Shown: positions 40,034 to 49,146, numbered from the stretch's first letter. The stretch: 64,000 bases of DNA from Myxococcota bacterium (GCA_965140415.1 OZ223209.1:1408001-1472000), one strand, 5' to 3'. Made by a program: numbers and translations. The notes: generated by a model not told the origin, from the sequence alone.

Positions 40034-41566
40034 GTGCCAAAAGCAAAAAAACGGGAGATCGTTGGGCATGTGGCGTTGGTGGGAGCTGGATCGGGAGATC
40101 CGGGACTGATTACGGTTCGTGGGTTGGAACTGCTCACCGACTGTGACGCGCTGGTTTACGACAACCTGATGGCCGACGAGTTTGTGGCGATTTCAGTAGC
40201 GGAAGAAAAGATCTTTGTTGGAAAATCTTCCGGTCGGCATGCCATGCCGCAGGAGGAAATCAACGCCCTGCTGGTCAAACTGGCTGAACAAGGAAAACTG
40301 GTCGTGCGCTTGAAGGGCGGGGATTCCTTTGTCTTCGGGCGTGGCGGCGAGGAGTGTCAGGCGTTGATGGAAGCGGGTATTCCCTTCGAGGTCGTGCCGG
40401 GCGTTACCGCCGGGATTGCAGGTACGGCTTATGCCGGAGTGCCGGTGACGCACCGCGAAATGTCCCGTGGCGTGACGATGATGACCGCGCACTTCGCCAA
40501 GGATCGTCAGGTGGAACTGCCCTACGAGCAACTGGCAAACTTGGGCCATACGCTGGTCTTTTATATGGTTGTCGCTTCGGTCGGGCAGGTTTGCAAAAAG
40601 TTGATCGATCATGGACTGAATCCCAAAACGCCGGCGATGGTGCTGGAGCGCGCCACGACAAGCAGCCAGCGACAGGTAGTGGCTACGGTGAAGACGATCG
40701 CAAAAAAAGCCGCAGAAGTGGGTGTACGCCCGCCTGGAATTTTGATTATCGGAGACGTCGTTTCCTTGGCCGGAAAATTGACCTGGCAGCCGGAGCGGCC
40801 ATTGTCGGGCAAAAGCGTGCTCTTTACCCGCGCGGTGGAGTCGGAATACCGGGCCATCGATCATTTGCGTGAACTGGGTGCGGAAGTACTTGATGTTCCT
40901 GTTATTTCCGCTGTTCCGCGCACACATGATCCGCAGGTGAAACACGTAATAGAGCATCTGGACGACTATGCCTGCATCGCCTTTACCAGCGCATTGGCGG
41001 TAGAAATTCTGTTGGAAGCATTGCGGGAAAGCGGCCAGGACGTGCGCCGTCTGGCGCGGCAGAAACTGGCTGCCGGTAGTCCGACCGTCGTGCGTAAGTT
41101 GTCGAAAATGGGCTTGATTGCCGATATCCGACCCGCTTTGGCAGGGCAGGGGCAACTCGTTAAGGAAATTGCCAAGGCAAATCTTCCGAAAAACGCCAAG
41201 GTGCTGCTGCCACGCTCTTCCTCTGCGGATGAAAGTATGCCGACGGCGCTGAAGAAAGCGGGGTTGACACCGGTTGTGTTGTCGGTTTACGACAGCGAAC
41301 CGCTGAATCTGAACTGGTTGGATGTCAAGCTGGCCAACTGGCGCCCCGATGCCGTCGTGTTCTTGTCGAGTACCTGTGTTTCAACGATTATGGAAGCTGC
41401 GCCTGCTCTTGCGGAGACCGATCCGAAACCCATCTGGGCTTGTGCAGGCAAGAAGACCGCTGCCAGCTTGCAGAATTTCGGAGTAACGGCAGACGTTGTG
41501 CCTGAAAGTCCCGATGTAAATGCCATGATCGAGAATGTAATCGGGCGACTGATGCCGAAGGATTGA
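40034..41566 (+). CDS. cobA: Uroporphyrinogen-III C-methyltransferase / uroporphyrinogen-III synthase fusion (CobA-HemD)
   Basis: LVGAGSGDPGLIT, RLKGGDSFVFGRGGEE, VPGVTA; C-half PLSGKSVLFTR, FTS, LLPRS; GTG 40034 after GAGGAG (alternative 40019). Confidence 0.93.
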   Translation: MPKAKKREIVGHVALVGAGSGDPGLITVRGLELLTDCDALVYDNLMADEFVAISVAEEKIFVGKSSGRHAMPQEEINALLVKLAEQGKLVVRLKGGDSFVFGRGGEECQALMEAGIPFEVVPGVTAGIAGTAYAGVPVTHREMSRGVTMMTAHFAKDRQVELPYEQLANLGHTLVFYMVVASVGQVCKKLIDHGLNPKTPAMVLERATTSSQRQVVATVKTIAKKAAEVGVRPPGILIIGDVVSLAGKLTWQPERPLSGKSVLFTRAVESEYRAIDHLRELGAEVLDVPVISAVPRTHDPQVKHVIEHLDDYACIAFTSALAVEILLEALRESGQDVRRLARQKLAAGSPTVVRKLSKMGLIADIRPALAGQGQLVKEIAKANLPKNAKVLLPRSSSADESMPTALKKAGLTPVVLSVYDSEPLNLNWLDVKLANWRPDAVVFLSSTCVSTIMEAAPALAETDPKPIWACAGKKTAASLQNFGVTADVVPESPDVNAMIENVIGRLMPKD

Positions 41567-41631
41567 ACGAAAGTCAGCAGCAATGACTCGCAGGAATCAT
41601 AGTTAAAGGAAGTAGTTATAAGTAAAGGTTA

Positions 41632-41660
41632 TTGACAAGGCGGGATTTGTGCGGTACACC
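41632..41660 (+). promoter_or_regulatory. Putative sigma-70 promoter of dsrD
   Basis: TTGACA-17-TACACC about 60 nt upstream of the dsrD start. Confidence 0.5.
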
Positions 41661-41717
41661 GAATTGCGTTAATTACATTGTCACGTTTCCGCCGACCTTA
41701 CATAAAGGAGAACAATC

Positions 41718-41951
41718 ATGGCCAATGCAGAACTCGAACAGAAAATCCACGAATGGTTCCAGGAAAAATCCAAAGGCGCCAAGAAAAAGTTCTATATGCG
41801 TGACGTGGTGGATGCGTTCAAAGAGGATTTCAAAAAGCGTGACATCCAGAAAGCTGTCAATCAGTTAACGATTCAAGACAAGGTCATGTACTGGTCCAGT
41901 GGCAGCACGACCATGTTCATGCTTCCGGAATTTTTCAAGGACGAGAACTAA
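41718..41951 (+). CDS. dsrD: Dissimilatory sulfite reductase activator DsrD
   Basis: 77 aa, KKKFYMRD, KAVNQL, YWSSGSTTM signature; AAGGAG RBS; next to dsrAB. Confidence 0.93.
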   Translation: MANAELEQKIHEWFQEKSKGAKKKFYMRDVVDAFKEDFKKRDIQKAVNQLTIQDKVMYWSSGSTTMFMLPEFFKDEN

Positions 41952-41989
41952 ATCCGGTATCGAGTATCGGATCGTTCCATCTTTAGGTG

Positions 41990-42020
41990 ACCGCCGGATA
42001 TTTGTCCGGCGGTTGCTTTT
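41990..42020 (+). terminator. Intrinsic terminator after dsrD
   Basis: ACCGCCGGA-tatttg-TCCGGCGGT followed by TGCTTTT. Confidence 0.75.
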
Positions 42021-42034
42021 AGAGGACACACTTG

Positions 42035-42061
42035 TTTGACATAATTAATAATTATATCAAA
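42035..42061. promoter_or_regulatory. Near-perfect AT-rich palindrome upstream of dsrA (candidate operator)
   Basis: TTTGACATAATTA-A-TAATTATATCAAA, 12 of 13 positions complementary. Confidence 0.5.
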
Positions 42062-42431
42062 TTATGTTAATTATTTCGTGGTTTTATGTCTTAATGCAAA
42101 TGTCAGAATCAAAAAGTTATTCGATAGGGTAGATAGGCTTTGGTTATGTGACTCATACATCTTTTTTATTGGACGGATACCTTTAAGCTATGCTAGAGCT
42201 TTCTCTGCTCAGGAATAGTCCGTTTATGGCGGCAGAGAATCGTACCTTTACATTTCAGAGTTGAATGGCGATTCATCGCTCCTGAATTGTGTGATCGAAA
42301 CGTTTCTTGTTGATGTGCTAAGCTGTATCGAAGCTGTATTATGGTTAGTGCTCTATCGATCAGGTAACAAGAAAACGATTTTTGCTCTCGTTCTGGAATT
42401 TGGTTCTATCAATCTAACCGAAGGAGGACCC

Positions 42432-43640
42432 ATGTCCGAAGTCAAGACACCTTTACTTGATGAACTCGAGAAAGGGCCATGGCCGAGCTTTGTGACGGAG
42501 ATCAAGCGCGCGGCGAAAGTCAAGCCGATGTGTGCCGATCTGCTCGTGCAGCTCGAACAGTCCTATGTCGACAAGATCGGTCACTGGAAGCATGGCGGCA
42601 TCGTCGGCGTGCGCAGTTACGGTGGCGGCGTTATCGGTCGTTATTCCGATATGCCGGAACAAGTGCCGGCTCTGGCGCATTTCCACACGCTGCGTGTCAA
42701 CCAGCCCGCCGGTTGGTTCTACACCACTAAATCCTTGCGCACCATCTGCGACATCTGGGACAAGCATGGTTCCGGTCTGACCAACATGCATGGTTCCACC
42801 GGTGACATCATCCTGCTGGGTACCACCACGGATGAATTGCAGCCGACCTTCAACGCACTGTCCGACGCCGGATTCGATCTGGGTGGTTCGGGTTCTGCGT
42901 TGCGTACGCCGAGTTGCTGCAACGGCCAGGCTCGTTGCGAATGGGCCTGCTTCGACACCATGGCTCTGTGTGACGATCTGACCCAGACCTATCAGGACGA
43001 ACTGCATCGTCCGATGTGGCCGTACAAATTCAAATTCAAAATTTCCGGTTGCCCGAATGATTGTGTCGCTTCCATCGCGCGTTCCGACCTTTCCTTCATC
43101 GGTACCTGGAAGGACGACATCCAGATCAACGACGCCGAAGTCGCCAACTATGCCGACGCCGGCATGGATATCATGGAAGAAGTCGTCTTCATGTGCCCGA
43201 CCAAGTGCATGCGCTACGACGCCGCCGGCAAGAAGCTGACCGTCAAAAACAGTGAATGCACCCGCTGCATGCATTGCATCAACGTCATGCCCAAAGCCTT
43301 GGCTCCGGGTAAAGAAAAAGGCGTTACCCTGCTTATCGGCGCCAAAGCTCCGATCGTTGAAGGCGCGATGCTCGGTCACGTGCTGGTTCCCTTCATGAAA
43401 CTGGAGCCGCCCTATGATGATCTCAAAGAACTGATCGAGAAAATCTGGGATTGGTGGGATGAAAACGGCAAGATGCGTGAGCGTGTCGGCGAATTGATCG
43501 AACGCTTGGGTATGGCTTCGTTGTTGGATGCCATCGACCTTGAGCCTTGTGTCCAAATGGTCAAGCATCCGCGTGACAATCCTTATTTCTTCTGGGATAA
43601 GGAAACGATCGACGAAATCAAAGCGAAAAAGAAGAATTAA
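42432..43640 (+). CDS. dsrA: Dissimilatory sulfite reductase alpha subunit
   Basis: [36 protein letters not shown], siroheme-[4Fe-4S] motifs CNGQARC and [17 protein letters not shown] 42432 after AAGGAGG. Confidence 0.99.
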   Translation: MSEVKTPLLDELEKGPWPSFVTEIKRAAKVKPMCADLLVQLEQSYVDKIGHWKHGGIVGVRSYGGGVIGRYSDMPEQVPALAHFHTLRVNQPAGWFYTTKSLRTICDIWDKHGSGLTNMHGSTGDIILLGTTTDELQPTFNALSDAGFDLGGSGSALRTPSCCNGQARCEWACFDTMALCDDLTQTYQDELHRPMWPYKFKFKISGCPNDCVASIARSDLSFIGTWKDDIQINDAEVANYADAGMDIMEEVVFMCPTKCMRYDAAGKKLTVKNSECTRCMHCINVMPKALAPGKEKGVTLLIGAKAPIVEGAMLGHVLVPFMKLEPPYDDLKELIEKIWDWWDENGKMRERVGELIERLGMASLLDAIDLEPCVQMVKHPRDNPYFFWDKETIDEIKAKKKN

Positions 43641-43697
43641 TCGAGCGGATGTCCATTGTGAACGTTCGGCTTAACTAGCAATAGTAAGGAGATAACG

Positions 43698-44771
43698 ATG
43701 GGTGAAGCGTATTACGCTAAGACTGACATTGGGCCACCAAATTATAAACAATTTCTGCCGCCCGTCATTCAGAAGAACTACGGGAAGTGGACCTATCACG
43801 AGATCCTGAAACCGGGTGTGATGGTGCACGTTTCCGAAACCGGCGACAAAATCTGGACAGTCCGCCAGGGCTCCGGTCGTTTGATCGCGACGGAAAGTAT
43901 CCGCGAATACTGTGAACTCGCGGACAAATACTGCGACGGCTACCTGCGATTCACTAGCCGCCACAACGTCGAATACCTTGTTTCCGACGAGAATCAGATC
44001 GAACCGCTGATCAAGGATCTGGAATCCCGCAATCTGCCGGTCGGTGGAACTGGAAACGGCATTACCAGCATCGTGCATACGCAGGGCTGGGTACATTGCC
44101 ATACTCCCGCTACCGATGCCAGCGGCCCGGTCAAGGCCGTCATGGATGAACTGTACGAACATTTCGTCAGCATGAAGCTGCCGGGCAAACTGCGCATCGC
44201 GTTGGCCTGCTGCTTGAACATGTGCGGCGCCGTGCATTGTTCCGATATCGCTATTCTGGGTATCCACCGCCTGCCGCCGCACATCGACGACAAAGGCGTG
44301 CACCAGTCTTGCGAAGTTCCCAACGTCATCGCTGCCTGCCCGACCAAGGCTATCAAGCCCAATCCCAAGGCTCAGAGCGTGACGGTGAACGAAGAGAAGT
44401 GCATGTACTGTGGTAACTGCTACACCATGTGCCCTGGTATGCCGCTGGCCGATCCTGACGGCGATGGCATCTCCATTTGGGTCGGTGGTAAAGTCAGCAA
44501 CGCCCGCAGTGGCCCGACCTTCTCGAAACTGGCGATTCCCTACATCCCCAACAATCCGCCGCGTTGGCCCGAGACTGTTGCGGCCATCAAGAAGATCGTG
44601 GATTGCTACGCCGCCGGTGCCAAGAAGCACGAGCGCGTGGGTGAGTGGATCGATCGGATCGGCTGGGAGAACTTCTTCAAGCAGACCGGATTCACCTTTA
44701 CCAAGCAGCACATCGATGACTTCAAGCATGCCCAACTGAGCATGCGCACCACGTCGCAGTTCCGCTGGTAA
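43698..44771 (+). CDS. dsrB: Dissimilatory sulfite reductase beta subunit
   Basis: [60 protein letters not shown]. Confidence 0.99.
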   Translation: MGEAYYAKTDIGPPNYKQFLPPVIQKNYGKWTYHEILKPGVMVHVSETGDKIWTVRQGSGRLIATESIREYCELADKYCDGYLRFTSRHNVEYLVSDENQIEPLIKDLESRNLPVGGTGNGITSIVHTQGWVHCHTPATDASGPVKAVMDELYEHFVSMKLPGKLRIALACCLNMCGAVHCSDIAILGIHRLPPHIDDKGVHQSCEVPNVIAACPTKAIKPNPKAQSVTVNEEKCMYCGNCYTMCPGMPLADPDGDGISIWVGGKVSNARSGPTFSKLAIPYIPNNPPRWPETVAAIKKIVDCYAAGAKKHERVGEWIDRIGWENFFKQTGFTFTKQHIDDFKHAQLSMRTTSQFRW

Positions 44772-44815
44772 TCCATGACCCGATTTAGGGCCAATGTGAT
44801 TTGATTGAACGATAT

Positions 44816-44855
44816 CCGGCCTCTTCCGCCTGTTTGGAATGGTGGAGGAGGCCGG
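44816..44855 (+). other. GC-rich stem-loop after dsrB (mRNA stabiliser or partial terminator)
   Basis: CCGGCCTCTTCCGCC-10nt-GGTGGAGGAGGCCGG without a U-tract. Confidence 0.55.
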
Positions 44856-44909
44856 TGTCGCTTTAACTCGCTGTTCGATATGGCTTGCGCCGAGAGCAAA
44901 GGGTCTTAG

Positions 44910-46316
44910 ATGAAGCTGTCCTTACCCCGCATCATGGTAGCTGGTGCTTGTGGTGATGGGGGGAAAACAATGGTGGCATTGGGACTGACCGCCGCGTTTA
45001 CGCGACGCGGTCGCCGGGTCGCCGTGTTTAAAAAAGGTCCGGACTACATCGATGCGGCCTGGCTGGGGCGTGCCGGTGAAGGCGAGTGTGGCAACCTGGA
45101 CACCTACCTGATGCCTCGCGACGTATTGCTGCAAGCGTTTGCGGAACGTGGCAATGGGGCGGATCTAGCTATTGTCGAGGCGAATCGTGGTGTTCACGAT
45201 GGTTCCGATGCTTCCGGGGCTCACAGTTCGGCAGAACTGGCCAAGTTGTTGAAGATGCCGGTGGTATTGGTGCTCGACGCTACGAAAACAACGCGAACGC
45301 TGGGTGCAATCGCACTGGGTATCAAGAGTCTCGATCCGGCAACGACTTTTGCCGGGGTGGTGCTCAATCGCGTGGCGGGAGAACGTCACGCCCGTGTGGC
45401 CAGCAAGGCGATCGAAGAGATCGCAGGGCTGGCCGTGCTGGGGAGCATCCCCAAACTGGCTGATGCGCGCCGTATTCCAGGGCGTCACCTTGGGCTGTTG
45501 CCCATTCATGAATATGACGATCTGGAGGGGGCTTTGGCCTATGCTGCCGATGTGATGGAACGACATGTCGATCTGGATCGCATCGAGCAATTGGCGGGTG
45601 AGACAGAGAATCTTTCCGTTCCTGAGTGCGAAATGGTTTCCGTTTCGGAAGAGCCGGTGAGGATCGGCGTGTTGCGTGATGGGGCGTTCTCCTTTTATTA
45701 TCCGGAAAATCTGGAGGCGCTGGAAAAAAACGGAGCGACGTTAATAGCGGTAGATTCCGTTTCTGATCGCAGACTTCCGCAACTGGATGCGTTGTATATC
45801 GGTGGTGGTTTTCCTGAAACCCATGCCGAGCGCTTGACAGGCAATAGTGATTTGAGGTATTCCATTTCCGTGGAAGCCGCCAAGGGTCTCCCGATTTACG
45901 CGGAATGCGGCGGCTTGATGTACCTGGCCGAATCGATTGAATGGCAGGGTAAGCAATACCCGATGTGTGGCGTTCTTCCGATTCAAGTGGCAATGCATAC
46001 AAAGCCGAAAGGCCACGGATACGCTGATTTCACGGTCGACCGTGACAATCCGTTCTTTGATGTCGGTCAATCCTTGAAGGGCCATGAATTCCACTACTCG
46101 CAGATCGTTGATTCCGAACCGTTGGATGTAAACACGGCCTTTGCTCTATCGCGCGGCAGTGGAATCGGAAAAGGGCGCGATGGAATATTGCGCTATAACA
46201 CCTTGGCGTGTTATACGCATGTACACGCACTGACCTCGCCGCTATGGGCGAAGGGGTTGGTCAAGGCTGCACGACGTTATGCGAACGAGCGAAGCGTGCA
46301 AGGGTTGGCGAGCTGA
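44910..46316 (+). CDS. dsrN: Siroheme amidase DsrN (cobyrinate a,c-diamide synthase homolog)
   Basis: GGKT, FKKGPDYID, EANRG, RHLGL, FSFYYPENL, GGGFPE, YAECGGLMYL, GHEFHYS; directly downstream of dsrAB. Confidence 0.9.
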   Translation: MKLSLPRIMVAGACGDGGKTMVALGLTAAFTRRGRRVAVFKKGPDYIDAAWLGRAGEGECGNLDTYLMPRDVLLQAFAERGNGADLAIVEANRGVHDGSDASGAHSSAELAKLLKMPVVLVLDATKTTRTLGAIALGIKSLDPATTFAGVVLNRVAGERHARVASKAIEEIAGLAVLGSIPKLADARRIPGRHLGLLPIHEYDDLEGALAYAADVMERHVDLDRIEQLAGETENLSVPECEMVSVSEEPVRIGVLRDGAFSFYYPENLEALEKNGATLIAVDSVSDRRLPQLDALYIGGGFPETHAERLTGNSDLRYSISVEAAKGLPIYAECGGLMYLAESIEWQGKQYPMCGVLPIQVAMHTKPKGHGYADFTVDRDNPFFDVGQSLKGHEFHYSQIVDSEPLDVNTAFALSRGSGIGKGRDGILRYNTLACYTHVHALTSPLWAKGLVKAARRYANERSVQGLAS

Positions 46317-46353
46317 ATTTATAAGTAGTGTGACGACTAGAGAGAAGGAAAAC

Positions 46354-46902
46354 GTGAGCGAAGAAAAGAAATCAAGTATTCGAAGTCTCTTCAATCCTGC
46401 GGAAGGTTCGTGGGATGATATCGTGGGACGTCATTTGGAATACCTGGAATTCTACCCGAAGTCAGCAGTGGCTTTTTACAATCTGGGGTTTGCCTTCGCT
46501 CAGCGTGATCAGGTCGGAAACGCGGAGGTCGCATTCAATAAAGCGCTGGAATTGAATCCTGACATGGTCGAGGCGCAAGTCAATCTCGGTGGTCTGGCTT
46601 TCGGTAAAGGCGACTGGGATGAGTGCATACGATACAACAATTTAGTCTTAGTAAAGAAGCCTGGATTCCCGCAGGCCCGCACCAATATTGCTTATGCGAT
46701 GTTCATGAAGGGTGAGAACGAGGCGGCGGAAAAAGAATTTCTGGCTTTGGAGAAGGAGCGTCCGAAGGACGGTTCCATACAATATGGTTTGGCTGTTTTA
46801 TATGATTCCCTTGACAATCGGGAATTATCCCGTAAATATTTTGAGCGCGCCGTGCAACTGGGTTACCCCGTAACCAAAGAGTTTGCGGCAAAATTCAAAT
46901 AG
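46354..46902 (+). CDS. Tetratricopeptide-repeat protein
   Basis: AFYNLG...KALELNP, AQVNLG, ARTNIA, QYGLA; GTG 46354 after AAGGA. Confidence 0.85.
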   Translation: MSEEKKSSIRSLFNPAEGSWDDIVGRHLEYLEFYPKSAVAFYNLGFAFAQRDQVGNAEVAFNKALELNPDMVEAQVNLGGLAFGKGDWDECIRYNNLVLVKKPGFPQARTNIAYAMFMKGENEAAEKEFLALEKERPKDGSIQYGLAVLYDSLDNRELSRKYFERAVQLGYPVTKEFAAKFK

Positions 46903-47011
46903 CGAAGGTTCTTTGTTCGAGAGTAGAACTTTGTTTCGGGTTATCTGCCCGTAGGTTTCGCTTCGGCGAGTACCGAATGTGTACGTAAACTGTCATGACT
47001 AGGAGGAAGAA

Positions 47012-47329
47012 ATGCCAATCTTCGAATCGGGAAACATTCAGGTGGAAGTTGACGAAGACGGATTCTGCGTCAATCCAGACGATTGGAACGAAGAGATTGC
47101 CGTGGAATTGGCCAAAACCGAAGATATCCATGAGCTGTCCGAGATGCATTGGAAAATGCTGCATTATCTGCGCGACTACTACAAGAAATTCGGTGTTGCT
47201 CCGATGATCCGCAAGCTCTGCAAAGAGACCGGCATGCCGCTGAAGGAAGTCTATGAACTGTTCCCCAGTGGTCCGGCCAAAGGCGCCTGTAAACTGGCGG
47301 GTCTGCCCAAGCCGACCGGTTGCGTCTAA
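47012..47329 (+). CDS. dsrC: Sulfur relay protein DsrC
   Basis: VDEDGF, HW, APMIRKL, LFPSGPAKGACKLAGLPKPTGCV with both C-terminal cysteines (CX10C); AGGAGG RBS. Confidence 0.97.
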   Translation: MPIFESGNIQVEVDEDGFCVNPDDWNEEIAVELAKTEDIHELSEMHWKMLHYLRDYYKKFGVAPMIRKLCKETGMPLKEVYELFPSGPAKGACKLAGLPKPTGCV

Positions 47330-47352
47330 TCCGTTAGAACGCATGAACGATG

Positions 47353-47394
47353 AAACGGACCGCACTTCCCGAAAAGGGGTGCGGTCTGTTTTTT
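47353..47394 (+). terminator. Intrinsic terminator ending the dsr operon
   Basis: ACGGACCGCACTTCC...GGGGTGCGGTCTGT followed by a T run. Confidence 0.85.
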
Positions 47395-47475
47395 ATGTGT
47401 TCGTTTGAAGAGATCGTGAAATTGAAATCAAAATTGAAGATTTAAAAGTGGCTTTGATCTCTCGGAAAGGGTTGG

Positions 47476-47733
47476 ATGACGATGAAATGGTTTGTTGTTT
47501 CCATAATGATGGTTCTTTCATTCACTATTGCTTGTAGTGAAGGCAACGACGAGCCGGGTGGACAACCCGGAGACTTTTGCGGCACCAAAGACGATTGCAG
47601 TGGCGATCTGATTTGCTGGGATTTCGTTTGCACTGAAGAAGACAGTATTGATGGCGATGGTACTACCGCTATCGGTGATGAGGATGTCGTTGTGGATGGT
47701 GACGACATGGAAGCGGCGAGTGAAAACGGATAA
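47476..47733 (+). CDS. Small Cys-rich acidic lipoprotein
   Basis: Lipobox TIAC, mini-domain C-x5-C-x5-C-x4-C, acidic DGD tail. Confidence 0.7.
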   Translation: MTMKWFVVSIMMVLSFTIACSEGNDEPGGQPGDFCGTKDDCSGDLICWDFVCTEEDSIDGDGTTAIGDEDVVVDGDDMEAASENG

Positions 47734-48009
47734 TAAGACGAAGCGACAATTTTTGCGGTCCCGTTTTTGTGAACATACCGGTTTCTTCTTGCATTCAATC
47801 CCTGTTTCTATATATGCTAGGCTCGGTTAGAGATCGCAGACGGTTTGCCGTTGCGAAAATGCCGCGTGCGCCACGCTTGCACGTAAGAAAAAGCACATTG
47901 CAGCGCCGTAGTAGTATTTGCTATGCGGCGATTGGTAGGAGAACACCGGCGCGGGGATGGGGCGCAGTCGGTGCAGTTGGTCGTGACCCTGATCCGCAAG
48001 GAGACGCTT

Positions 48010-49146
48010 ATGCAAGATGGCTGGTTTGATGGCAGCGATGGAACCCGGTTGTATTATCGTGTGGAAGGGGAGGGGCTTCCTCTTATTCTGAACGATGGTA
48101 TCGGATGCGATGGGTTTATCTGGAAGTATCTGAAGCCGTATCTACTTGAAAAATTTCAAATCGTGCATTGGCATTACAAAGGTCATGGTCGCTCGGACAT
48201 GCCGCGCAGCATGGAGCATCTGTCCATTCCGGATTCCTGCCGCGATTTAAACATTCTGTGCGAAAAACTCGATTTACCTCCAGCGGTGATTATCGGTCAC
48301 AGTATGGGTGTCCAGGTGGTATTTGAATTCTGGCATATGTTCCCAGAGCGTGTTTGTGGGTTGGTGCCGATTTGCGGCAGCTATGGAAAACCGCTGGACA
48401 CGTTTCATGATAATCTGATGCTTAAGACGGTTTTTCCTTATGCATATAAGCTTATGAAAAAGCAACCCGGTATCAGCCAGCAGTTGTGGTCCTTGATTAC
48501 CGATTCGGAGTTGGCCTACAAAATAGCCACTACCTTCGAAGTCGATGGCCGCATGATGAACCGCGACGACTTCAAACCCTATTTCCAGCATATCGCCAGT
48601 ATGGACATCAAGTTGTTCATGTCGATGTTGTCCCAGGCGCAGGAGCACGACGGAAAACCCTATCTGGGTGAGATCGACGTGCCGGTGCTGATTGTGGGAG
48701 GCGAAAAGGATACGTTTACGCCGGTATGGTTGAGCAACGAAATGAAGGCAACCATTCCAGGAGCCGAATTGCTGATGATTCAGAACGGTAGTCACGCTGC
48801 GCCCATCGAACAGCCTGAACTGGTGAATCTGCGCGTTGAAAAGTTTTTGATCGATCGTGTCCTTCCTGCTGCTTTACCCGCCAAACCGGAAAAAGAAAGC
48901 AAGTCGGAAAGCAAGACTTCTTCCAAGCCCAAAAAAGCGGCTGCGAAAAAGAAAGCGCCAGCAAAGAAGAAGGCTGTGCCCTCTGAAAAAACTGCTGTAA
49001 AAAAGGCGAGCGCAAAAAAGACGACGAAAAAGAAAGCTCCTGCAAAAAAGAAAGCGGCAGCAGCCGTGGAATCTCCAGAGGTTCCAGCTGAAGTTGTGGC
49101 TGCCGAAGCAAACTCGCCACAATCCGACGAGAAGGCGGCTTCCTGA
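48010..49146 (+). CDS. Alpha/beta hydrolase with Lys/Ala-rich C-terminal tail
   Basis: DGTRLYY, KGHGRS, GHSMG, GEKDTFTP, SHAAPIEQP; tail KKAAAKKKAPAKKK; ATG 48010 after AAGGAG. Confidence 0.9.
   Translation: MQDGWFDGSDGTRLYYRVEGEGLPLILNDGIGCDGFIWKYLKPYLLEKFQIVHWHYKGHGRSDMPRSMEHLSIPDSCRDLNILCEKLDLPPAVIIGHSMGVQVVFEFWHMFPERVCGLVPICGSYGKPLDTFHDNLMLKTVFPYAYKLMKKQPGISQQLWSLITDSELAYKIATTFEVDGRMMNRDDFKPYFQHIASMDIKLFMSMLSQAQEHDGKPYLGEIDVPVLIVGGEKDTFTPVWLSNEMKATIPGAELLMIQNGSHAAPIEQPELVNLRVEKFLIDRVLPAALPAKPEKESKSESKTSSKPKKAAAKKKAPAKKKAVPSEKTAVKKASAKKTTKKKAPAKKKAAAAVESPEVPAEVVAAEANSPQSDEKAAS

Noticed and set aside
42261-42431. N-terminal extension of DsrA in the ORF track
   Set aside because: Homology begins at MSEVKTPLL, which has an AAGGAGG RBS; the extension is promoter/leader sequence.
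42453-44735. 371-aa and 354-aa minus-strand ORFs opposite dsrA and dsrB
   Set aside because: In-register antisense ORFs produced by strong codon bias; the same applies opposite aspS, the M16 peptidase, cobA and guaB.
44910-46316. cobB/cbiA as evidence of cobalamin synthesis
   Set aside because: Position directly after dsrAB and absence of other cob/cbi genes favour dsrN.
47012-47329. TusE/AspA-type paralog instead of DsrC
   Set aside because: Both conserved C-terminal cysteines are present and the gene lies in the dsr operon.
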